From a virus (Duplodnaviria; Caudoviricetes), in IMG/VR virus record IMGVR_UViG_3300048858_000048, positions 1 to 52,645 of that record: 52,645 bases of DNA; one strand, 5' to 3'. The notes below the pieces were generated by a model. The model was not told the DNA's origin. It saw only the letters and a list, made by a program, of their open reading frames with translations, and ran no database searches. Every line of letters begins with the position of its first letter. Position 1 is the stretch's first letter. The translations under genes and the position numbers were made by a program. This document shows positions 25,399-35,700 of the stretch, one piece after another.

Positions 25399-25833
25399 CT
25401 ACTCCAGTAGCCCAAAGAGCGAGAGGATTGTCCCGATCACGGAAGGGGAAGCCCCCGCCGGACTGACCTTTGTCATTTCGATCGAATGACGGATGAAGAA
25501 ACCGACGCCGTCGCGCATCAGGTCCTTGTGCCCTTCCGACATCTTGTCGATCGTGAACCAGCCGAGGCGGACACCATCACCCCGAAGAACAGGCAAGGGC
25601 CGACCGGCAAGCATCAGGCTTTTCGCAAGCTCCAGCTCCGACAGCCCCCCGGTTTTGAAGGGCAGAAGCTGGCCGGACAGGACCAGCTTCTCTTCCCCTT
25701 CACCCATGAATTCCCGCCCGTTCCTGCCGCCCACGATGGGCTTGTCGGCGAAGTCGGCGGACATGGTCCGCTGAACCTCGTCGACGTTGAAAGGACGGGT
25801 GTCGAGCTTGAGAGCACCGATCAGATACAGCAT
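25399..25833 (-). CDS. Tail protein (P2 gpU-like)
   Basis: EFMGEGEEKLVLSG.L.P, RGDG..LGWF. Confidence 0.85.
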   Translation of the reverse strand: MLYLIGALKLDTRPFNVDEVQRTMSADFADKPIVGGRNGREFMGEGEEKLVLSGQLLPFKTGGLSELELAKSLMLAGRPLPVLRGDGVRLGWFTIDKMSEGHKDLMRDGVGFFIRHSIEMTKVSPAGASPSVIGTILSLFGLLE

Positions 25834-28016
25834 CAGGCAACTCCATAACCGGTGTCCGCATAGATGCCGGCGACCTCATCACGAAGCCGCTGGCCAAGAA
25901 TGGGGGCGACCTTGTCTGCTATTGCGTGGGGATCGGTGACGCCATGGATCTGAACGCCACCCAGGTTGATGTTGATGTTCGGAGCCGGCCGAGGATTGAG
26001 GACATTGACGTCCTGTGTTCCGCGCGGCTGGGTGATGGCGTCGATGCTGCCGGCATCCAGCGAAATCGGCCGAACAATCCCGAGATCGTCGGCCGTTTTG
26101 CCAGGCAGGGTGTCGGTCGTGTTGCCACCGATCCCCGCCGCTCTGGCGGCTCGCGCATTTTCGAGGGCCATTAGGGAGGTGACCGACGTCGGAGAAGAAG
26201 CGTCGGCCTCCGAAAAGAACCGGCCCATTCCCTCTTTCAACCAATGCAAGGCATCGGTCGGGCTCGGCAGCCAGGACTTCCCTTCCGCATATGGCGTTTC
26301 GCCGGTTACGACTTCCTTGCCGGCAGTATAGGCACCGCCCGCAGCAGCGCCGAAAGCAGACAACCTGGCCAATCCGAGGAGGCGGGACATCAGGCCCGCA
26401 CCTGCACCCGCAGCAGGAGACGAGCCCACCCCTTTTGGCCCCTTCGAACCTAGATCTTTCGGGATACCACCACCCAGAACGCCTGCAATCGTGCCGACAG
26501 TCTTCAGTGCCGCGATGATCGTCGATGCCCCGGATAGGAGCATCAGCGCGCTGGCCAGCTTTCTCACTGTTCCCGCAAGGAAGGAAATGCCGGCGCCCCA
26601 AACCAAGATCTGCAAGCCATAGGGAGCCATATCAGCGAAGAACTGTGCAATCGGGTTTTCCTTCAGCGCCGCGTTCAACTCACGGATCGAGGCCCCCCAA
26701 TCCTTGGCCTGCATGAAGATGCGGCCGAGCTGGTCTCCGGCGTTCGGATCGATCTTGCCGAAGAACAGGTCGCCGAGGTCCTCGATGACCTCGCGGATGC
26801 CACCATATCCGAGGCCTGCCGCGAAGCCTTTGATCGCGACCTCCATTTCGTCGAACACAGAGACGCGGGAGTCGAGCGTATCGAGCACATACCCCATGCC
26901 AAGGGCGGCTTCCTTGATGGTCGGAAGCATCTGGTCGCCCATCTGCCAGAAACGGTTCGCAATCTTGTTCTGGATTAGATCCAGTGCGTTAGCCGTGGTA
27001 TCGGCACGCTGGACATATTCCTTGAAGGCCGACCCTGAATATTTCGTCCTGTCGCTGACGCTGTCGAGCGCCTGCTCCAGCAGGCCCATATTCCCGATCA
27101 GCGGTGCAAATGCCTTTGCCTCGTCGCCGAAGAAATCGGACAGGAGGGCGAGGTGCCTATCCTTCGGGGTCTTGGCGATCGCCGTCAAGACCTTGCGCAA
27201 GGCCTTCGGCGCGTCCTTCTGCATCTCCTTTGCGATCTGCGGAAGATTGAGCCCCAAGGCTTCTGCCACTTCCTTTTGGCTCTTCTTTGCAGAAGCGCCC
27301 CGCGTCAGGGCCTTGACCACGTTTTGCATGGCCGTGCCGGCGGTCTCGGCTTCGGCGCCGGCCGCGATCATCGCGCTACCGATACCGGCAATCTGCTCTT
27401 TGGTAAAACCGCCCATCTCGGCAAGGGCGCCGACCCGAAGCATGTAAGCGGTTATGTCCTTGGCCTTCGATGCCATATTGTTGGACAGGTGATTGATTGC
27501 GTCTGCCATGTCGCCGGTCTCGGCGACTGTCAAGCCGAGCTGCGTCTTGAGTTTCGCAAGGCTTTCTCCGGCCTCGCCGGCAGACATGTCGAACGCAATG
27601 CCGACACGGGCCGCCATCTCGGAAAACGCCTTGAGATCCGCCGTGGCAATGCCGGATTCGCCGGCCGCTGCGAACAACGCCGCGATGTCGTTGGCGGCGA
27701 TCGGCAGCTCGGTCGACATCTGGCGAATGGTCCTGCGCAGATTTTCGAACTGCTCTTCGTTCGCGTCCACAACCTTGCGGACGTCGGCAAACGCGGTCTC
27801 GAAGTCGATCGCGGCGCCGGCCGTGTTCTTGATGCCCTCCGAGACGCCGAGATAGGCGCCGCCGAAGGCAAGCAACTGGCCGCCGAGGGAACGGAACGGG
27901 GCAGTGAAGGATGATGCCTGGCGTTCGATCCCGCCAAGCGCCGCAGAAATGCCACGGGCGCGGCTGGAGACTTGGTCCAGCAGCGTGATTTTCAGCCGGC
28001 TTTCATGTGTAGTCAT
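25833..28016 (-). CDS. Tail tape measure protein (TP901-family core)
   Basis: AAIDFETAFADVRKVVD, ADAINHLSNN, AGTA; Ala-rich helical. Confidence 0.92.
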   Translation of the reverse strand: MTTHESRLKITLLDQVSSRARGISAALGGIERQASSFTAPFRSLGGQLLAFGGAYLGVSEGIKNTAGAAIDFETAFADVRKVVDANEEQFENLRRTIRQMSTELPIAANDIAALFAAAGESGIATADLKAFSEMAARVGIAFDMSAGEAGESLAKLKTQLGLTVAETGDMADAINHLSNNMASKAKDITAYMLRVGALAEMGGFTKEQIAGIGSAMIAAGAEAETAGTAMQNVVKALTRGASAKKSQKEVAEALGLNLPQIAKEMQKDAPKALRKVLTAIAKTPKDRHLALLSDFFGDEAKAFAPLIGNMGLLEQALDSVSDRTKYSGSAFKEYVQRADTTANALDLIQNKIANRFWQMGDQMLPTIKEAALGMGYVLDTLDSRVSVFDEMEVAIKGFAAGLGYGGIREVIEDLGDLFFGKIDPNAGDQLGRIFMQAKDWGASIRELNAALKENPIAQFFADMAPYGLQILVWGAGISFLAGTVRKLASALMLLSGASTIIAALKTVGTIAGVLGGGIPKDLGSKGPKGVGSSPAAGAGAGLMSRLLGLARLSAFGAAAGGAYTAGKEVVTGETPYAEGKSWLPSPTDALHWLKEGMGRFFSEADASSPTSVTSLMALENARAARAAGIGGNTTDTLPGKTADDLGIVRPISLDAGSIDAITQPRGTQDVNVLNPRPAPNININLGGVQIHGVTDPHAIADKVAPILGQRLRDEVAGIYADTGYGVA

Positions 28017-28177
28017 TGCCGCGTCCCTTTGGGCTTCTCAAACATTTTTTGCGCGCGATTGAAGCACTGGAGAAGGCGATCCGGCCGCCACCGCCAGATC
28101 ATATCCAGCGGCGTGTTCGTCCAGTGTGCGACGTAGATTGCTATTCCGAGCCAGTCGGTGGAGAGATTTCGTTTCCC
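28013..28177 (-). CDS. Predicted -1 frameshift extension of the tail assembly chaperone (gpE+E'/gpGT-like)
   Basis: Slippery G GGA AAC (28171-28177, minus strand); the -1 frame reads RNLSTDWLGIAIYVAHWTNTPLDMIWRW...GTRQ and its stop overlaps the tape-measure ATG. Confidence 0.75.
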   Translation of the reverse strand, partial: GKRNLSTDWLGIAIYVAHWTNTPLDMIWRWRPDRLLQCFNRAQKMFEKPKGTRQ

Positions 28178-28419
28178 ACCAGGCTCCCGACCTTGCTCAT
28201 GATGTTCTTGAGGTCGCGCGCCTTGACCTTGCGGAAGACAGCGAGGGGAGTGCCCGAGGCGGCAGCCATCACGGTTGCGATGCGCTCCATTTCGGTCGAG
28301 CAGGCGGCGGCGTCGATCAGATCGCCCACCTCCGCCTCGCGGAAGGTCAGTTCATTGATCGTCCTGTCTCCATCCTTGATAGGGGAGGCCAGCGGAATGG
28401 TTACTGAATTCTCGGTCAT
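28141..28419 (-). CDS. Tail assembly chaperone (gpE/Mu gp41-like)
   Basis: TIPLASPI..INELTFREAEVGDL; upstream of the tape measure gene. Confidence 0.85.
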   Translation of the reverse strand: MTENSVTIPLASPIKDGDRTINELTFREAEVGDLIDAAACSTEMERIATVMAAASGTPLAVFRKVKARDLKNIMSKVGSLVGNEISPPTGSE

Positions 28420-28481
28420 TGTCTTTTCTCCTATGACGTGTAGGTTGCGGCCGGAAATCGACCGCGTGTTAGGGAGCACCG

Positions 28482-28790
28482 ATGTCTGAAAACGAAATCG
28501 CCATCCTGTTTTTGGTAGTCTCCGCCATCGGCGGGGCTTGGGGGGCGAGGTCTGGTGGGCAACCAGCATGGAAGGGGATGGTCGTAATTCTCGCATCCAC
28601 GATTGCCACTGCTGGAGTGATGGTCGGCGCAGGGTCCGAAAGTCCGGCAGTTGGCATCCCGACCAGCATAGTTTTGGCAGTGATCGCGGGCGGACTACTG
28701 GGGATGTCCGCCATCCAGATCGGGAAGGTGATTATGGCGACCGTGGTTCTGATGATCCCTGTCGGACTCATCGCAGCCGCGATCGCCTAG
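28482..28790 (+). CDS. Small multi-TM membrane protein inserted antisense in the tail operon (moron)
   Basis: GGAG RBS; almost entirely hydrophobic 102 aa; opposite strand to all flanking genes. Confidence 0.7.
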   Translation: MSENEIAILFLVVSAIGGAWGARSGGQPAWKGMVVILASTIATAGVMVGAGSESPAVGIPTSIVLAVIAGGLLGMSAIQIGKVIMATVVLMIPVGLIAAAIA

Positions 28791-28811
28791 CGCGCTAGTC
28801 CACCCTCTTCG

Positions 28812-29336
28812 TCAGCCACCAAGGGCGCGCTTGTGGTCGGCGAAGCGGTCGACGCCGTGGACGCGTATGATGCGCTCCCAGAAGTCGACATAAAACAGCT
28901 CCACGCCGTCCAGATGCAGTTCATAATGGGTGACTTCCGCGAAGGTGTGGGTGCACCCTTGGAATTCCGCAGGATCGCTTTCGTCGGGTTCCCAGGCATT
29001 GATGACGCCTTCGATGATGGCACGCCCGGGGACGGGTCCACCCCCGCCAGGCCCTCGCTTCAGATAGCTGCCGGCGAAGATCCAGCGGTCCGTCGTTCCC
29101 ATGCCGTTGAAGATATCGGTGTCGATACCCTTAGCCGAGAAGGCCGGCTCCGGCGCCTCGACGCGCGGCAGGGAGAAATTCACCGCCATCACCCCGCCGC
29201 CAGGGTTATGTTCGCCGGTGGCGAAGGTAATGCCCGGCAACGTGAGCGACGAGATTGTGATGCCGCGCAACGTGTCCGGCTGCGACACTCGGCGAACGTC
29301 GACCGCCGTGAGCAGGTAAAGAGGGATTTGTGCCAT
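28812..29336 (-). CDS. Major tail tube protein (P2 FII-like)
   Basis: 174 aa after the sheath; LTLP..HNPGGG, VTHYEL..DG.EL. Confidence 0.85.
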   Translation of the reverse strand: MAQIPLYLLTAVDVRRVSQPDTLRGITISSLTLPGITFATGEHNPGGGVMAVNFSLPRVEAPEPAFSAKGIDTDIFNGMGTTDRWIFAGSYLKRGPGGGGPVPGRAIIEGVINAWEPDESDPAEFQGCTHTFAEVTHYELHLDGVELFYVDFWERIIRVHGVDRFADHKRALGG

Positions 29337-29360
29337 GGAAATAATTCCTTCCGATCTGGC

Positions 29361-30590
29361 TTAGTTGACGGTGCTGAGACGGGCGATGATGTCGTTGACC
29401 AGGCCTTGGACAGCATCACGGTAGCGGCGGACCTCGTGCCGTGCGACCTTGAAGGCCGGCGCAGGCTCGATGCCCAGATTGACGGTGAGGTGGCCGAGGC
29501 GGATCTCTTCCGGACTGTTCTTGTCGGCCCGGAACTTCACTTCCGACCCGAGGATATCTTCGTCGGCCTTATGGTCCCGAAGCATGAACTTCAGGCTGTT
29601 GAGCCATGCCTCGGTGCGGCTGGCCGAAACCTTCCTGCCGAGGAACTGGCGAGTGATCTCCATCATCTTGACGGTCAGGTAGTCCGCGCCTCGCACCTGG
29701 TGGATCTGCTTCCAGAGTTCGCCCGTGGTGGTATTGTCGGTACCGATGAAGACGAAACCGCCATCGGCGATGGCGCCGTCGACGCCGCTTTCGCCGCTCG
29801 CGACGATCGAAACCTCGCTTTCGAGCATCTGCTGACCTTCGGTCGAACCATCGAGCAGCGAGAACGGGATCTGCCGAGACAGGCCGGCAATACCGTAGAT
29901 AGCCCGGTTGGCGATCGGCTCGAATGGCTTCCCGTCATTCTCGGAATCGATGCGCTGAAACAGGCCGATGATGCGCGGACCCATTGGCCGGGTGACCAGG
30001 TTCACACCTTCGAACACGCGAGCCGCGACGCCGACCGGCATGATCCGCTCTGAGTTCATCGTTTCGCGAGCGTCGATCGCATTGGCGGCAGAGGTGTCGT
30101 CGACGTCGATGACAGAGACCGCCAGCAAGCGTTCGCAAGCCGCATGCAGTGCAGTGGATACGGGGCCGGCCGTGTCCATATCGACACGATAGGCACCGCG
30201 CCCTGCCCAGATCAAACGCGGGGTTGCGTTGACGGCCGAAGGAATGGCGGCGATGTTTGTCGGCGCCAGCGCGGTGGCGATGTTTGCGGCAGTCTCGGCC
30301 GCATTCGCACCTTCCGCGACGCGATAGATCGTAACGTCGGCGCCGGCGTTGAGACCGTTCAGCTGCGAATTGATACCATTGACGGCGTCGCGCAGATTAC
30401 CGGTCCCGAGTTTCGCGACCATTCCAGCGTCGGCCGTCGAGATACGAACAGGCGTTCCGATCGGGAAAGCGGCGTTGTCAGCACCGGTCGAGGTCTCGAT
30501 AAGCAGGCCCTTGGAAAAATCAGCACCAAGCGCCGGCACGGGCTCATCGCTCGGCCGCGAGAAAGTCATGCCGAACACGGGATCGGACAT
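29361..30590 (-). CDS. Tail sheath protein (P2 FI-like)
   Basis: PFEPIANR, LWKQIHQVR, NSPEEIRLG.L.V..EPAP. Confidence 0.88.
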   Translation of the reverse strand: MSDPVFGMTFSRPSDEPVPALGADFSKGLLIETSTGADNAAFPIGTPVRISTADAGMVAKLGTGNLRDAVNGINSQLNGLNAGADVTIYRVAEGANAAETAANIATALAPTNIAAIPSAVNATPRLIWAGRGAYRVDMDTAGPVSTALHAACERLLAVSVIDVDDTSAANAIDARETMNSERIMPVGVAARVFEGVNLVTRPMGPRIIGLFQRIDSENDGKPFEPIANRAIYGIAGLSRQIPFSLLDGSTEGQQMLESEVSIVASGESGVDGAIADGGFVFIGTDNTTTGELWKQIHQVRGADYLTVKMMEITRQFLGRKVSASRTEAWLNSLKFMLRDHKADEDILGSEVKFRADKNSPEEIRLGHLTVNLGIEPAPAFKVARHEVRRYRDAVQGLVNDIIARLSTVN

Positions 30591-30643
30591 AATAGGCTCC
30601 TATAGATGTGGGGAGGGTAGCCTTGCCCAAGGGCTGAAAGGGC

Positions 30644-30678
30644 AAACAGAGACCCGCTAGAGAGGCGGGTCGTTTCTT
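30644..30678. terminator. Terminator-like hairpin between fibre and sheath genes
   Basis: GACCCGC-TAGAGAG-GCGGGTC with A/T-rich flanks. Confidence 0.45.
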
Positions 30679-30696
30679 GAAGGATCTAACCAGGCG

Positions 30697-31323
30697 TCAG
30701 TCGGCGGATGGCCAGTAAACCGGGTTGGTGGCGAAGTCTGACGGGATCGGGTCCATGCTCTTCAGATCGCTGGCAGCGAAGATATGGCTCGACTTGTGGG
30801 TCAGGGCCGCATAGCCGAAACGAAGCACGGTCGGCGCATCCATAGGAACCCTGGTGTTGTCAGCCGAGATCCATTTGAACTCGGCCGGCCCCGCTGGATT
30901 GAGGAGTTGCTGCCACGCGAGATTTCCGGGCTGCGCACCAAACAGCATCATCGCATCCGAAGCCGCCTTGTGAGCGCCCATGATGTTTTCGCGTGCCTCT
31001 TTGTCGGACTGGTACAAGACGCCCTCGAAGATGAACCCGGCGGTGATGCGTCGGTCGCGTTCGGTGTCCACCTCGCCAGTGGTCGGCAGTGGCTCCGGTA
31101 GAGGTTCCTCGTCCGGATCGTCGATTGGCACATACCCCCAGGCCCCATCCCGAAAGACGCGGTGCTTTGTTTCGGCAGGCGCCGGCGGGACTATGGTGGT
31201 CGCGAAGGCGGGGATCAGCCAAGGCAGATTTGGCACCCCGTGCGGATTGTCCAGCGGGTCGCGGTCGGCAATTCCTTCGCCAAGCAGGACGCCCGTGTCG
31301 GGGTCGTAGTGGAAAATGTTCAT
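30697..31323 (-). CDS. Tail fibre assembly protein (DUF4376-like C-terminus)
   Basis: IFHYDPDTG..LG..AD.DPL..LIPAFAT..PP; ERDRRI..GF.F.G..YQSD; WISADN. Confidence 0.8.
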   Translation of the reverse strand: MNIFHYDPDTGVLLGEGIADRDPLDNPHGVPNLPWLIPAFATTIVPPAPAETKHRVFRDGAWGYVPIDDPDEEPLPEPLPTTGEVDTERDRRITAGFIFEGVLYQSDKEARENIMGAHKAASDAMMLFGAQPGNLAWQQLLNPAGPAEFKWISADNTRVPMDAPTVLRFGYAALTHKSSHIFAASDLKSMDPIPSDFATNPVYWPSAD

Positions 31324-31338
31324 GGATTTGAACCCCGA

Positions 31339-32694
31339 TTAGATCTTGATGAAGAACGGCAGGGCGACGTTCTTCATTCGCGCTTCCGTGCCGCCGCTAT
31401 TCTGGATGGTGATGCCGGTACCTGAAGCTGAAGTACCGGAAACATAGAAAGGACCACCGCCAGAACCAACGGTCGAACCCGAATTGCCGGCAAATTGGAT
31501 GCCTGCGTGAGCGTGCCCTGGATCGCTTATGGGGTGATTGTGCGCCAGGTTTTGGTCGGCTTGGAACGAGCCGAGAGGCCGGCCGGTGTCGATACCACGT
31601 CCGTCATCCAAGCCGCGCACCGGCACGCCGCGAAGGTCGGGAACGTTGAACGTCGTGCCGTCACCCAAACCCCAATTGCTTCTGAGATAGGTATGCGTTC
31701 CGGATTGGGTGCCCGACGTATTGATGGCGACCGGTGAGGTTTGAGATGCCGACAGCCTGTACGTGTTGGCGTCGACATAGATGACGAAGTAGTCGGTCGT
31801 CGTGTTCAATCCCGTTGGCAATGCGCCATTGGTGCTCAAACGCAGTCGTTCCCCGCCTACAAAACCGTGAGCGGCCTTTGAGAAAAGGCCTGGCGAAGCG
31901 ATCGACACGGTAAACGTTTGCTGGGTATAGCCGGCAGCGGTAACCAGTGCGTCGAACAAGGCAGCGTATGTCGTTCGGCTGATTGCCGCTCCGTTGCACT
32001 TCAACCAGCCGGCCGGCGGCGTGGTCATCGCCCCCTGAACAATCGTGCCGGACGGCACGCCTTCGACGGCGCCTACAGCAGCGGCGACAAAGGCTGTCGT
32101 CGCTAGGCGTGTAGAGTTGTTGCCCGCCGCCTGCGTTGGCGCAGTCGGCGTGCCCGTGAAGGCCGGGCTTGCTAGTGGCGCCTTCAGGCCGATCAGGTTG
32201 GTGATTGTGGTGGCGAAGTTCGGATCATCGCCAAGCGCCGCCGCCAGCTCATTGAGGGTGTCGAGGGACGTCGGCGCCGCAGCTACAACGGCGGCGACGG
32301 CCGCGTTGATCGCAGCGGTCAGACCGACGATATCGCCGGTCGAATGCTGATGAGATCCGAGTGCCGCAGCCGCCGATGACGGCACCCACACGCCGCTGGC
32401 GTTCTTGGCCAGGATGTAGTTGGTTGCCGCGCCAGCCGCTCCGTCGACGTCCGTCAGGCTATCCAGCGAAAACGTCTGACTGGCCGACATCTTGCCGGCC
32501 AGCGCCTCTACCAGGCCATTCACAGCCGACATCGCGTGGGTGTGGCTGACGTTCGCCTTATTGGCGACGACGCCCGCCAGCGTCCAGATGACCGTGTCAA
32601 CGATGGCCCACGCCTGCTGCAGGCGGTAGAACTCATCGTCGACCTCGGCAGCAGGGTCTGGAAGCGGGATCTGGTAATGTTCGGTTTCTGCCAT
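31339..32694 (-). CDS. Tail fibre protein with collar domain
   Basis: LDTLNELAAALGDDPNFA, SPAFTGTPTAPT..ATTAFV, PAGWLKCNG...FNVPDLRG, EARMKNVAL. Confidence 0.9.
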   Translation of the reverse strand: MAETEHYQIPLPDPAAEVDDEFYRLQQAWAIVDTVIWTLAGVVANKANVSHTHAMSAVNGLVEALAGKMSASQTFSLDSLTDVDGAAGAATNYILAKNASGVWVPSSAAAALGSHQHSTGDIVGLTAAINAAVAAVVAAAPTSLDTLNELAAALGDDPNFATTITNLIGLKAPLASPAFTGTPTAPTQAAGNNSTRLATTAFVAAAVGAVEGVPSGTIVQGAMTTPPAGWLKCNGAAISRTTYAALFDALVTAAGYTQQTFTVSIASPGLFSKAAHGFVGGERLRLSTNGALPTGLNTTTDYFVIYVDANTYRLSASQTSPVAINTSGTQSGTHTYLRSNWGLGDGTTFNVPDLRGVPVRGLDDGRGIDTGRPLGSFQADQNLAHNHPISDPGHAHAGIQFAGNSGSTVGSGGGPFYVSGTSASGTGITIQNSGGTEARMKNVALPFFIKI

Positions 32695-32702
32695 TTCGAT
32701 CC

Positions 32703-35700
32703 TCAGAAGATGCCGGCGCCAAGATCGCCGATGATGAGCCGCGCCGCTGGCCCTCCGATTCCGGTGATGCGGAGCTGCACGAGCGTTCCGGTCTGGCCGG
32801 TGACCTCATGCTTCCGTTCGGTCCAGAGCGGGAAAGCCAAGGCCTCGGCGCTGACGAACGGCAGAGCCGTCCATGCGCCGCCGTCCTTGCGATAGTGCAT
32901 CGCGATAGAGGCCCCGCCCGGAAGGAACGCCTTGAAGTAGCTGGTGAGCCGGACCGCCGCGCCGAGGGAGAAGGCGCGGGTGATGTAGGTCAGCGTCGTG
33001 CCAATCGAACCGGCGACCAGCTGAACCGGCGCGAACAGGATCGGAGAGAGCTTTTCCGTGCCGGTCAGGATCGCCCGCAGCGCCACGGTCTCGGTGATGA
33101 ACTCGGTGAGCTGCAGCACCTGGTACGGCAAGAGGCGGTAGATCGTGCCGTTGGTCCGTTCGATCTCGAAGACAACCGAGCAGCCAGGCCCCGGCAGTTC
33201 GACTGCCGCGCGGACCTGGAGGTCGGATGCCTGCACGAGCGCAAAGCTGCCTAGCTCCACGATCTTCGTGGTAACCGGGAATTTTGCGGCGACAATCCGG
33301 AAGGCGAGCGCCTCGTCCTGGTGAGCCGTCCATGTCTGTGCATTGACTGACGAGAAGCGCGGCCCCGTCACGTAAGGGTGGGAGGTCACGAACTTCTGCA
33401 GGGTCTCGTCAAACCCGCCAAGCTTGGCGAACGAAACCGAATGGTCCGCGTCATCCGTCTTGATGACGAAGGCGTGCGCCCGGTCCGCCGGCGTCGTCAG
33501 AGGCAAATTGTAACGAGCCGACTTCCACCCAACCACGGCGCCAGCCATCGGCACGACCACCTCCGCAGCGATATTGCTCGTCGGATAGCCGTTGCTGATC
33601 GAGACCTGGTCGACCAGCAGGTGGTTGCCCTGGTCGCCGACATGGCAGATGTGGAAATCGACGCCGACCAGCTGCCGCACCTCCGGTACCGCAAACATCT
33701 GCGCCTGCGGATCTGACGAGCCGCCGGTACCATCCGACGTGCTGTTGTTGTTCTCCCAGCCCGGATTTCCTCGGTCCTGAACCCACTGAACAAGCTGGGG
33801 CGCGGACCAGTTCTGGACGGTTGTCACCCGCCGCATCGTGTCGATCTCGATCGTACCTTGACCGGTGAACATGGCATTGGCTTCGGTTCCGCCGACACCT
33901 TTGGCAGAAACGATCTTGGTGCCGGCCGTGACGTTAACCGGGATATTGAACGTGCTGGTGATTTGCCCTTGGGCATTGGCCGTCTGTGTTCCGGCGGGCT
34001 TCACGTCAATGCCGTCAAAGGTCAGGGTCTGGAGGATCTCGCCGACGCCAAATCCACTGATGGTGAACGCGACGGGGATTTGCCGCAGGAATTCCAGCTG
34101 CTCGACGCGATGGTCGACCAGCTGGTTTTCCGTGTTGACCGTCTGAAGCGGACCGCCATCAGTTCGTGTGCCACGATTGAACTCGATCGTCTGCGCCGAA
34201 AGCCAGTCTGTCCGGTCCTCGGTCCAGAAGTCGGCGGCGGGCGTCAGGCGGAGCGTGCCCGGCAGGGGATTGAAGTTCTGATAAGGGTTGATCTTCTCGC
34301 AACCCGTCTTCAGATCCTGTGTGACCAGGACTTCCTCAATATAATCCAGCATGACGGGCGCAGTCAGGGTCGCCGTGAAGAAGGTCGGCGTTATGGCGAG
34401 CTGCAGCATGCCATTGCCGATCGCCCCTGTCTGAGCCTCACCAGCATCACGATAGCTGTCGTCGACGAACGGGTCGACGAAGATGCCTTTCTTGGAGACC
34501 GGCTCGCGGAAATCGATATTGTTCTTGAGGCGCTCCAGCTGGAAGAGCCGCTCGAAGTCGATGATCCGGTTATTGTAGCGCCACTGCTCCTCATAGGTCA
34601 TCGAGCGGACGCCGTCATTGGTGACGATAGGCGGCGACATCCAATCGTTGAAGATCTGGCAGAGCTTCAGAACATCGCTCGGCACACCTGGCGGCATCGG
34701 GTTGCTGCGGGCCGGCAGCCCCTTGATGTAGATGGGCGAACCATCCTGACCGAGGCAGAGGCGGTCGATGCGCGGCAGCTTCTGCGTATAGGAGATGATG
34801 ATGTCGCCACCAGCCGCACCGCCCGACACAGTTACGGTCGTATCGGTGTTAGCAGTTGCGGCAACCGCAGATCGGTAGCGATAGGTCACGTTATAGGTGG
34901 ACCCTGCCGCCGGTTCGGCGCCTGCAGGAGCCCAATCGATCGCATTGCCAACCAGATTGTAGCTGGTCGCTGCGACATAGGTGGTTCCGCCTTGGACGAC
35001 GGCTGAGACGGAAATCACGCTGCTGTCGGGCAGGCCATCGGCGCCATGGGCGATCGCGCCGCGCGTCAGAGTAACCGTCTTTTCCTTGGTCAGCAGGATG
35101 GAGTTGATGACGCCGATCGGCGCCAGGTCGACCGGAAAGGTGAACGACGCACCGCCGGTATAGGTGTGCGTTTCGCCCGGAATAGCGAGTTCTTCCCAGG
35201 CCACGGCCTGAGAGTGCCTTAGAGCCGCAAGACGGGTGCGCTTGTAGCCGTTGATATTGGCTTCGCCCTGCTCGATCGAGAACAGCTGATTGCCGCCGAC
35301 GACACTGATCGCGGTCACCCGGCAGCCCGAGACGATATAGTTGCCGTTTGGCCGGTCGTAGGCTGCGATCGCCTGAAGGGCCGGCTCCAGAATGGACGGC
35401 CCAGTCTGGTCAAGGATGGTGCCGTCCAACATCGTATAAACGGAGTAGAAGGCTCCCTCGCCATCGTCACCTTCGAGCGCCCATGAGATGCTTGCCACCT
35501 CGCGCGCCGCCCCCGGTTCGCCCTCGGCCAAGGAGCCGGGCACGAGGCCGAGGAGGCTCGGATCGTCCTCGTGCGTCAGATAGGTGCGGACGAGGCGAAC
35601 GCCGATCTCGACGCGGCCGGTCATAGGCACGTCTTCAAGAACAGCCTCACCGACCGGAAAAACATCGCCGGACACATAGATGCTGCCGGCTGCAAGGGTG

